64,000 nucleotides of DNA, from NCBI GenBank assembly GCA_965207375.1, contig OZ242274.1:1472001-1536000 (forward strand), read 5' to 3'. Below are positions 21,260-30,148 of the stretch, one piece after another. Each line of letters opens with the position of its first letter. The stretch's first letter is position 1. The notes beneath the pieces were generated by a model. It was not told the origin of the DNA. It made no database searches and saw only the letters and a list, made by a program, of their open reading frames with translations. Position numbers and translations under genes: made by a program. This DNA is from Nitrosopumilaceae archaeon (GTDB taxonomy: Archaea; Thermoproteota; Nitrososphaeria; Nitrososphaerales; Nitrosopumilaceae).

Positions 21260-21466
21260 ATGAGCTGCATAAACTTATGCGTGCAGTACGATATAAAGAT
21301 GCACGGAGGTGTACCCAAGTATACAGAATGTGCAAAAAGGTGTAGTGTATGCGGTATATGCCTAAATTATAAAGGCCTCTGGTGTCCTTGCTGTAGCCTG
21401 CGCCTATGGTGCAATCCAAGGAGCAACAAGAGAAGAAATGCAATATGTCATAGGCGTGTACCATGA
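21260..21466 (+). CDS. small zinc-finger protein
   Basis: RCSVC...GLWCPCC..RL..NPR, a pattern recalled from thaumarchaeal small proteins. Confidence 0.65.
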   Translation: MSCINLCVQYDIKMHGGVPKYTECAKRCSVCGICLNYKGLWCPCCSLRLWCNPRSNKRRNAICHRRVP

Positions 21467-21717
21467 ACTGTATAATATGCGGTGCAACCTTTACCCGCAA
21501 ATGCAACAAACTAACCTGTAGCCCCAAATGTTCCCGCGCTAATTTAATCAACAAGATGCGTATCCAAAACGAAAAGAGGCGTAATGTCGCAATAAAACCG
21601 GAATTGCTTGAAGGCATAATCGCCTTACCTTTGCGCGTGAACTGCCTACCTCATGAATTAATCAACGATTCAGGCACTATACATGAAATCCGGAGGTTAT
21701 TAAAACGGGGTGTCTGA
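21463..21717 (+). CDS. small zinc-finger protein
   Basis: CIICGATF...TCSPKC motif; ATGA overlap. Confidence 0.6.
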   Translation: MNCIICGATFTRKCNKLTCSPKCSRANLINKMRIQNEKRRNVAIKPELLEGIIALPLRVNCLPHELINDSGTIHEIRRLLKRGV

Positions 21718-21934
21718 TGCCACAAAATAATCAAATTCGTAAAATTATATCAAAATATTGAGTAAATATTATAAACTAATGTTTTTGTTTAGTTTATCGT
21801 ACACAGGGGTACCAGTATATACTAGTGTAAAGGTACCAATACTGGTTTTAGTATGATTCTTGTGATAATGACTGAATTGAACAAAACGAGACTGTACTAT
21901 GCTCTTTAATCTACCTGTACTAGTATACAGGTTC

Positions 21935-22249
21935 ATGGTTGCACAAGACGTGCTTGTAATTCACCCAAACGGGGGGACCAGCATAAATCCGGCGTTCCAG
22001 AATTGTCTTTATGAGCTAGCAGAGAAAAAGAAATATGACGATACCTTGGGGAATGTGGCACAATTGACAGTACGGCAATGGTGTCCGGACCTGACAGAAG
22101 AGTTTCAACATATCATATATGACGGGATCAAGTGGATATCTTTTCAGGCTCAACCAGAGTTTTACTCTAATGCTGATGTGGAGGCTCTAGAAAATAGACT
22201 GAACCAGCATCAGAGACGCCTTGAAACATTACGAAAATATCAACAATGA
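21935..22249 (+). CDS. hypothetical protein, WCPDL family (paralog of 11269-11643)
   Basis: motif similarity to 11269-11643. Confidence 0.65.
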   Translation: MVAQDVLVIHPNGGTSINPAFQNCLYELAEKKKYDDTLGNVAQLTVRQWCPDLTEEFQHIIYDGIKWISFQAQPEFYSNADVEALENRLNQHQRRLETLRKYQQ

Positions 22250-22471
22250 ACGATAATTTCTTTAGTTCGAATCATTGACTCTGAAAATTGATATCACAAC
22301 ATGAGATGATATCATGACTTTGTGTGATTCTTGGAATGCAATCAAACGAGAATTGATTATACACGGTATGATTAACAAAATGACATTTGCCGAATCCCTC
22401 GATTTGATAGAACTGTTACAGTTTCGTACACGGCAGAAAATCATCGATTCTATATATGATACACACAGAAA

Positions 22472-23044
22472 ATGATATTTACAAAACTAGACGATATTCC
22501 TAGAAATAGGTACAAGACGATAATCATGGATGTACCTTGGCCGGTGAATGCGACATTATCCAGTAAAATATATCGTGTGAAAACAATGACTTATGATTTG
22601 CTGAGTATACCAGAGATAAAATCAATACCTGTTGCAGACTTTGCTTCAGAGAACTGTATTATTTTCTTTTGGACTACACACAGGTTTTTGCCTGATTCCT
22701 TTGATGTTTTAAAACAATATGGGTTTTCGTACCATGGTACAATATCATGGTACAAACATGATGGTTTGACACATTTGGGATTTTATCGTGGTACTGAATT
22801 TTGTCTTGTTGGGTATCGTGGCAGATGGACTGATTGTTTAGATTTATGTGGCGAGCCTTTGAAGAGTTTTATTGATGAGCCCTCTCGTGGACATTCGATA
22901 AAGCCTGCGTCTTTGGATAGAATCATATTGAAAAAGACACGAGGTCCGCGCCTTGACATGTTTGCACGTGTGCAAAAGCCCGGCTTTGATAGCTTTGGTG
23001 ATCAGGTTATATCTTCTGATACCCTTGAGCGATATTTGGTATGA
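22472..23044 (+). CDS. MT-A70-family adenine methyltransferase
   Basis: YKTIIMDVPW, FFWTT, TEFCLVG, HSIKP, LDMFAR. Confidence 0.88.
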   Translation: MIFTKLDDIPRNRYKTIIMDVPWPVNATLSSKIYRVKTMTYDLLSIPEIKSIPVADFASENCIIFFWTTHRFLPDSFDVLKQYGFSYHGTISWYKHDGLTHLGFYRGTEFCLVGYRGRWTDCLDLCGEPLKSFIDEPSRGHSIKPASLDRIILKKTRGPRLDMFARVQKPGFDSFGDQVISSDTLERYLV

Positions 23045-23115
23045 TGTTGTATCATCTGGGTTTTTTGATTTGTATCAACAATGTTTATTTTAAACTATAT
23101 ACGATACGTGATACC

Positions 23116-23394
23116 ATGAATGATAATTTAACACAAATGAGGACACAGATAGACAGGATAGATTATGATATAATATCTGCCGTACAAAAGCGAATGATAC
23201 TTGTAAGAAAGATAGCAGCATACAAGAAGGAAAACTCGATAGATATTATAGACAAATCAAGAGAAGATTCTGTATTGGCCTTTTTTGAGGATAATTTTGA
23301 ATCAAAGGGTATGGGTGCAGTTGCAGGAAGAATGATAGCAGAAGCACTAATTGATATAGCTATATCCGAAGAGAATCAACTTTTATCTCGTTGA
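23116..23394 (+). CDS. chorismate mutase (AroQ / CM_2 type)
   Basis: LTQMRTQIDRID...KR...IAAYK...D.SRE; TATA-like TTTAAA ~25 bp upstream of ATG 23116. Confidence 0.85.
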   Translation: MNDNLTQMRTQIDRIDYDIISAVQKRMILVRKIAAYKKENSIDIIDKSREDSVLAFFEDNFESKGMGAVAGRMIAEALIDIAISEENQLLSR

Positions 23395-23457
23395 TTGTGT
23401 GAAGTCTGTAAAATGTACAGTAAACTCTGATTACTTGAATTTGTTCTAGTTTCAAAC

Positions 23458-24348
23458 ATGATGCCAAAAGATGTTACCATGCTGCAATCTGCATTTAAGA
23501 GGTATTATTTTGAGAATTTTAATTTAATGCATATTGATGATATGAAACATCACGAGTTTGGGTACCAAAGGTTTGATGATACCATGTATAGACATGTGGT
23601 TTTTTCTAGTGTTGAAGAATTTCGTTTGTTTTTGATGAATAAAATCCCTAGTGATGTGTATTGTTCTAGTGCATATTATGACTTTCCTGGGTTAGCCATG
23701 AAAGACAAGGGATTTCGTGGGGCTGATTTGATATTTGATATAGATGCTAAAGACTTGAAGTTATCATGTCGTGATAAACACGTGATATACACATGTGTTA
23801 CTTGTGGTTCTTTGAAGAATATGTGTAGATGTGATGTTTCCAAGGTACAGGTACAGTCGCTTGCCTGTGATAGGTGCATTGATGCGGCAAGAAATGAGGC
23901 TGTAAAATTGGTGAGTATTTTATCTGATGACTTTGGGATACCCGATGTTTCTGTTTATTTTTCTGGCAACGAGGGGTTTCATGTTCATGCAGGAAATACA
24001 TATGCGAGTCTTGATTCACGTCAGCGCCAGGAGATATGTGATTATGTGTCGTCTCGTGGTGTTAAAATCGATTCGCAGGTGACAACTGATGTTTCTCGGA
24101 TTTTCCGGCTTGCAGGTACTCTGAATTCTAAATCTGGACTTGCAAAGATGCATTGTGATAATCTGGATGAATTTGTGCCGTATACAGAATCCTGTGTGAT
24201 AGATGATGATACTGTAGATATTTGTGCTGATTGTCCTGTGTCGTTTAGTTTGAAGGGTGAGCAGTTTGGGCCGTGGTACAACGAGACTGTTAGTTTGCCA
24301 AGGTTTGCAGCAGTGTATCTGGTGTGTAAGAGGTTTGGAAAGATGTGA
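23458..24348 (+). CDS. priS: archaeal primase small subunit (compact)
   Basis: EFGY, DLIFDIDAKD, FSGNEGFHVH, KID..VT.D.SRIFRL.GTLNSKSGL. Confidence 0.92.
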   Translation: MMPKDVTMLQSAFKRYYFENFNLMHIDDMKHHEFGYQRFDDTMYRHVVFSSVEEFRLFLMNKIPSDVYCSSAYYDFPGLAMKDKGFRGADLIFDIDAKDLKLSCRDKHVIYTCVTCGSLKNMCRCDVSKVQVQSLACDRCIDAARNEAVKLVSILSDDFGIPDVSVYFSGNEGFHVHAGNTYASLDSRQRQEICDYVSSRGVKIDSQVTTDVSRIFRLAGTLNSKSGLAKMHCDNLDEFVPYTESCVIDDDTVDICADCPVSFSLKGEQFGPWYNETVSLPRFAAVYLVCKRFGKM

Positions 24349-24606
24349 TAGGACATCCAAAAAGAGGACAGTTGTCCTGCAGGATATTTGTTATTCTCCC
24401 ACTCGTCTCTTTGAGACATTTTCTGGTACCGAGGTCTTGCGCCTCAGAGGGTATTTCGGTTATTTCCCTATCCATCCTATCATGGTGTCATAGGTTAAAC
24501 TGGTATTTAATGAAAAATGACAAAGTTAAGATGGTCTTTCAACATGGGGATATAGTTAAGTTGTCAAAATCGCTAAACATATTTACTCTTTAAGTTTTTA
24601 ACAATC

Positions 24607-24816
24607 ATGGTTGTGTTAGGCATTATCAAACATTTTATCAAATACGAAACAACATGCAAAAGAAGAAAATACCACAACCCCAACCCTGAAGATCTTGAGG
24701 ATTTTCTCAAAAACATGAAATTCGGAAAAGAAACTTTTTGCGTTGATTGTGACGCTGCTATTGAGTTGAAACAGGACGAAGATGATGAGGAATCATACTG
24801 GGTAAAGGACATCTGA
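24607..24816 (+). CDS. small hypothetical protein
   Basis: C...H...CVDC pattern with acidic tail. Confidence 0.5.
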   Translation: MVVLGIIKHFIKYETTCKRRKYHNPNPEDLEDFLKNMKFGKETFCVDCDAAIELKQDEDDEESYWVKDI

Positions 24817-24989
24817 TGATATATGAGATCTTTTCGAGTTACACTCCTAGTCTCTTATGTTTCGAGTTGATTTTCTAAAGTATCACACACCTAAATTGCA
24901 TCTAAAAACCACAATCTCATAAAACACGTAACCTTCCTCATTAACGGTAATTATTCAAAATGTTCCCAAAGATCAAAATAAGATTTGTT

Positions 24990-25772
24990 ATTACAGAACC
25001 GGCGTCCTGCCGCTGTTTTTGATCAGTGCACAGTTTTCCTTTGAAAGGTATACTGCATCTAACAACACATAGCCATCTCCCTGTGGTATTTTTTCTTATA
25101 TTTTCCTAAATACGGGAGAATCGTGTCGTCTGCCTTTTGTCACATCACATGTAACTATCATTCCATGCGGTGCCATCAATATGTGCTGTTTCTCAAACAT
25201 ATGCCTTGATACTATTCCATTTTTGGCTTCCTCCCAATCTTCGTATTTCAGGATAGAAAACCCAGATGAATCGCCTGCTAGTGTGCCGTAGGTGTCATTT
25301 TGTGCCTGAACAAGCAAGGATATTTTGTATCATCTCCAAATCATCAGAGTGGAGTTTTATGAAATCGTGCAGTCCTGATTTTGAGGGAATACTTTAGGCC
25401 ATATGTGTTTACAGAACCAGAGTGCTCGTGCATGTATGCTACATGTATACGCAACGAGTAGTCGCGAAATACCATATCAAGGATGCACAAAAACATTGCA
25501 AGCTCTGGTTTGGATATTTCAGGATACGTGGCGAGGATCAACTTTTTGAGTTTGGAGATCCTCACCAATTTTGTTTTACCTTCGTTTTTTCGTTTCCTTT
25601 CATATTCGGTATAGTTTCTGCATTCTTTGTTTTTGAGTCTGCGAATTTCCTTTTTGTATGTCCTTACATGAGCATCATGGTTTTCCTTTCTGTGTCGTCT
25701 CTTTGTTTTGGAACTCATCCGGTATAATGCAAAATTCTGTGATCGACAAGCCTTATCCTGCACTTAGGTCAT
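24990..25772 (-). pseudogene. IS5-like transposase remnant
   Basis: GDSSGFS, RHDSP and LDAVY motifs spread over broken frames with internal stops; boundaries approximate. Confidence 0.7.
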
Positions 25773-26043
25773 GATCTTTAAGCTTTTCACTCTTTTTTTG
25801 AAAAAATGTGGACATCGCCGTAATAGATTTGGAAGGATTTTGTTGGTCATCTAGAAGAGGCATGTACCATCCAAAATATTGTGTATTCTACTAGGCACAT
25901 TCCATAAAATGATCAGAACTTTTCAATCAAATATTGTGCAATACTAAACCTAAATAAAAAACCCATAATATCAGTCAATATAGGAAATAATAGATATGAA
26001 TTATATTATTAAAAATCAATTTCAGTGTTTTGTAGATAATAGC

Positions 26044-26095
26044 TACACAGACTTTACACAGACTTTACACAGACTTTACACAGACTTTACACAGA
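26044..26095. repeat. 11-bp tandem repeat TACACAGACTT, ~4.7 copies
   Basis: read directly; ends ~33 bp upstream of the MTase start. Confidence 0.95.
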
Positions 26096-26128
26096 ACGTT
26101 GTAGTAGATTATATGTCGAGGAGGACTT

Positions 26129-29100
26129 TTGCCTCCTTTAGAGACCTTGCTTGCCTCTATGGGAGTAAGCCTTGATACAAAACAAGAAATCAAACTGCAT
26201 GAAAAATGGCTTTGCTACAGTCTAAATCACCACAATCCGTCAAAAGATGTTCCAATTGTACTAATACAAAATGGACCAAAAAATATTACTGAGATAAAAA
26301 AACAAGTAAAGAATTTCTCTACTTGTATAGTATTCTTTGAAGAAAAAAATGTCTTATTTTTCAAACATCTAGATGAAAGTCACATTCTAACCTTACAAAA
26401 TGATTCAGAATATTGGAGAATTGCATCTATTTTAAGATCTACTGGTGTGGCAACTGCACAGGATGAAATTGATTTACAGATTGCAATACAAAAACTGATT
26501 AAAGATATTCCCAGTGCCACAGGTGATTTTGTAAACAAGGGATTATTCTCAACACATTATCTTCGTAGTAGAATATTTGATGATACAAGGCAGGATGTTA
26601 ATATCAAACTAGATGACATAAAAGAAAAGATAGGAGACACAAAGAAAATACTGCAAGCATTAGGATGGGACATTTCAAATCAATCAGGCTCTTACTATGA
26701 CAATACGGTATCAATTACGATTACAGAACAAGATGATTTTAGCATACGAAAAGAAGAATCTGATATTGCTCCGAGTTATATTGCCGTTTCGACATTGCGT
26801 AGGTCTCAATGGGCAATACTTACCAACGGCAAAAAGTGGAGACTGTACAGTGCTAAAATTTCTGCATCAAGTACGAATTATTTTGAGATTGATCTAGATC
26901 CTCAACGCGATAATATAACAAAATATCTCATCATACTATTTAGTGCAGAATCATTTTTACAAAAAGATCAAAAGACTGATGTTGACACATTCTTTGATGA
27001 GGGAAAAAACTATGGTAAAAAACTAGAAAATAATTTGTCTGAGAAAATAATGAAACCAGATGGTCTGTTCCTAGATATCGTAAAAGGTGTATTGGAACAC
27101 GACATGAAAAAGACGTTTACCTCTAAGGAATTAGAATCTGCAAAGCAGATATCTCTGAAGATAATGTATCGTATTTGGTTTTTAGCATATGCAGAATCCC
27201 GGAATCTACTACCTATCAAGGATGTAAAGTATAGTCCAATATCACTACAATCCATCCGAAATCATCTTGATTCCTTCGAGTCAGAGTCTGATGAAGATCA
27301 TTGTTGGAAGAAACTGCTTGTCCTGTTTGATGGAATAAGAAACGGAAGTAAGGAACACAATCTTCCACAATACAATGGAGATCTATTCAAAAGCAATCCT
27401 GCAATAGATAACATATCCATTAAAAACGAGTTTATCGTAAGTGCACTACGTGGTTTATTAGAAGATGACGGCACCGCAATTGATTATGCTGATTTTAGTG
27501 TAAGACATCTTGGAAACATCTTTGAGACGCTGATGGAGTACAGTCCACGCCAGACTGACAAAGACGTCATGTTACTTGAAGATTCAAAAGGAATAAGAGA
27601 GGTAAAGACAATACAAGATGCTACATACTCTTACAAGAAAAATGACTTGTATCTTGCATCAAAGGGAGGAATTGCATCACGCAAGACTTCTGCTAGTTTT
27701 TACACGCCCGAGGACATCGTAAAGTTTCTGGTAAACCGTGGACTAACTCCAATATTTTACGAACGTGAAGCATTAGTTGCAAATGATATACAACAATACA
27801 AAAAAAGCAAGAGTAAGGAGGATTTGCAAACATGCATGGATCGAATACTTGACATACAGGTATTAGATCCTTCAATGGGTAGTGGACACTTTCTTGTAGA
27901 GGCACTTAACAGGATCACTTTATGGGCAACAGATATTTTGAAAAAACATGTAGATCATCCCTTACTGTCTGAGATAGAATCAGACAGGGAAACTATCCTA
28001 AAAGAACAAAAGAAAAATGGCATAACCATTGATGATAGCCTCTTAACACACGATGTATTGTTAAAACGCAAAATCATGAAACGCTGTATCTTTGGTGTAG
28101 ATCTTAATCCGATGGCAGTAGAGCTTGCAAAAGTATCTTTATGGTTAGATTCTTTTGCCATTGGTGTTCCTTTAACTTACATCAGTCATCATATTAGATT
28201 AGGTGATTCAACTATTGGCATACGACTCGATGAAATAAAGAATCCAACAGAACATACTCTTGATAGCTGGATGGAAGATCCAGAAAAATCTTCTGGATTT
28301 CTTAATCTTATTGGACATACTGCAGATATTACCATAAATCAAGTACAGGATAGTAAGAACACATATGCAGAATATGTAAAACGAATTAAGCCCTATAAAA
28401 TGATGCTTGACATGTTAACTGCATTAAAAATGGATAAAAACATCATTTCAAAAACAGCTCAAAAAAATCTTCCTGCATACCTTAAGCGTCTTGCAGATGC
28501 TGTTTCAGGCAACAATTCCAATCCCGATGATGATTTAAAACACACAATAGAAAAAATCCGTAGTAAATCAACAGAATATAGATTTTTTCAATGGGAGTTG
28601 GAGATGATGGATGCATTTACTGATTCAAGACGTGGTTTCGATCTGATAATTGGTAATCCTGCTTGGGATAAGGTAAGGCCAAATGCCAATGAATTTTTTC
28701 AGAGCTTAGATCCTACCTACAAAGAAAAATCAAGCAAAGATAAGAAAAAAATCCGTGATAAATACAATAATGATTACAAACAATACAAACAGCGTTTTGA
28801 TGATAAAAGAGAATTTTACAAGAATCATGGGGGTCTTGGAGAAAATACAGATTTTGATCTGTATCGAATTATCATAGAACGTGCATTACAAATTTTGGCT
28901 CCAGATGGAATGTTTTCAATGATTATGCCTTCTGCCATAGTAAATTCACGAGGTGCTACTACATTACGAAAGCACATACTTGCAAAAGATGTAAAATTAT
29001 TATATGTATTTGAAAACAAAAAAAAGATATTTCCAATTCATTCAGCATATCGATTCGCACTGTTGAGTATCCGAAATAGTAATGATCCTGATGAGTTTCC

Positions 29101-30148
29101 CGCTGGTTTTTACTTACACGATTTAAAAGAATTAGAGAATTTAGGTGATAAAGAATTAACACTATCTAAAAAGAAAATTAATGAATTGTCTCCACACATG
29201 TCAATGATTTATGAAGTAAAAAATCCCAAAGACTATGAAATAATAAAAAAATTATATTCGTTGCATCCAAGATTGGAAAATATAAAAAAATGGCAGGTTG
29301 ATCTAGGAAGAGAATTAAACTTGGGAGAAGACAAGGATAAAAAATTACTTGTCAAAGAAGGTGGTTGGCCCGTGATAGAATCAAAGAATTTTCATCAACA
29401 CATACACAGTTTCTCTACGCCAAATAATCATGCAGATATCAAAAAGACATTAGCGCGAGTCAAGACCATTAGAAAATTCAATGGTTTTAGTAAAGAGATA
29501 CATGAGAATCCACGACTGGTATACAGAAGCATAAGCAGTTCAACCAATACGAGAACCATGATATCGTGTATTGTGTCACAATCGGTGTTTACAGCTATTG
29601 GCACATACATGGCACTTCCACGTATAGGTATTTTTGAAATTAATTCTGATTATCATAAACTCAATACATACTTGTGTGGGATTTTTAATTCAACCACATA
29701 TGATTTTCTAATGAGAATAAAAATAGATAAAAATGTAGAAACATATCATATCTATGACACACCAATACCTGAAGATTTTGCAAATGATATTGGTAACAAA
29801 ATATCTAGACTAAGTGCAATTCTAACACTTTCTGAGATGTGGCATGATGATATGGCAGATGTATTTTCAATCACAAAAAATGAAATTAATGATTTTAATC
29901 TAAAAAAACGAATAGAGATAACTGCTAAAATTGATGCATTAGCAGCACTACAGTATGGATTGACAAGAAATGAATATGAATTAGTGTTAAAGAATTTTAA
30001 ATTTGATGACACTTTATTTTCAGAAACAGAATTAACGCAAAATATTAGATATAATCAATTAGTAGATTCTGATCGAAATAAACACATGAGGATGTTTTAC
30101 GGTAAAGTGTACAAACACGCACTACAATACTTTGAGGAAATATCATGA
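26129..30148 (+). CDS. large N6-adenine DNA methyltransferase (Eco57I / type IIG / DrmMI-like)
   Basis: LTNGKKWRLY, YAESR, SFYTP, DPSMGSGHFL, IIGNPAW, C-terminal TRD-like region. Confidence 0.9.
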   Translation: MPPLETLLASMGVSLDTKQEIKLHEKWLCYSLNHHNPSKDVPIVLIQNGPKNITEIKKQVKNFSTCIVFFEEKNVLFFKHLDESHILTLQNDSEYWRIASILRSTGVATAQDEIDLQIAIQKLIKDIPSATGDFVNKGLFSTHYLRSRIFDDTRQDVNIKLDDIKEKIGDTKKILQALGWDISNQSGSYYDNTVSITITEQDDFSIRKEESDIAPSYIAVSTLRRSQWAILTNGKKWRLYSAKISASSTNYFEIDLDPQRDNITKYLIILFSAESFLQKDQKTDVDTFFDEGKNYGKKLENNLSEKIMKPDGLFLDIVKGVLEHDMKKTFTSKELESAKQISLKIMYRIWFLAYAESRNLLPIKDVKYSPISLQSIRNHLDSFESESDEDHCWKKLLVLFDGIRNGSKEHNLPQYNGDLFKSNPAIDNISIKNEFIVSALRGLLEDDGTAIDYADFSVRHLGNIFETLMEYSPRQTDKDVMLLEDSKGIREVKTIQDATYSYKKNDLYLASKGGIASRKTSASFYTPEDIVKFLVNRGLTPIFYEREALVANDIQQYKKSKSKEDLQTCMDRILDIQVLDPSMGSGHFLVEALNRITLWATDILKKHVDHPLLSEIESDRETILKEQKKNGITIDDSLLTHDVLLKRKIMKRCIFGVDLNPMAVELAKVSLWLDSFAIGVPLTYISHHIRLGDSTIGIRLDEIKNPTEHTLDSWMEDPEKSSGFLNLIGHTADITINQVQDSKNTYAEYVKRIKPYKMMLDMLTALKMDKNIISKTAQKNLPAYLKRLADAVSGNNSNPDDDLKHTIEKIRSKSTEYRFFQWELEMMDAFTDSRRGFDLIIGNPAWDKVRPNANEFFQSLDPTYKEKSSKDKKKIRDKYNNDYKQYKQRFDDKREFYKNHGGLGENTDFDLYRIIIERALQILAPDGMFSMIMPSAIVNSRGATTLRKHILAKDVKLLYVFENKKKIFPIHSAYRFALLSIRNSNDPDEFPAGFYLHDLKELENLGDKELTLSKKKINELSPHMSMIYEVKNPKDYEIIKKLYSLHPRLENIKKWQVDLGRELNLGEDKDKKLLVKEGGWPVIESKNFHQHIHSFSTPNNHADIKKTLARVKTIRKFNGFSKEIHENPRLVYRSISSSTNTRTMISCIVSQSVFTAIGTYMALPRIGIFEINSDYHKLNTYLCGIFNSTTYDFLMRIKIDKNVETYHIYDTPIPEDFANDIGNKISRLSAILTLSEMWHDDMADVFSITKNEINDFNLKKRIEITAKIDALAALQYGLTRNEYELVLKNFKFDDTLFSETELTQNIRYNQLVDSDRNKHMRMFYGKVYKHALQYFEEIS

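Noticed and set aside
12218-24348. Casposon or complete provirus
   Set aside because: No Cas1, no long TIRs, PolB is not of the protein-primed type, and no capsid, terminase, portal or tail genes are recognisable
10580-24430. Apparent abundance of GGTACC in the replicon block
   Set aside because: Impression only; needs k-mer statistics that I cannot run
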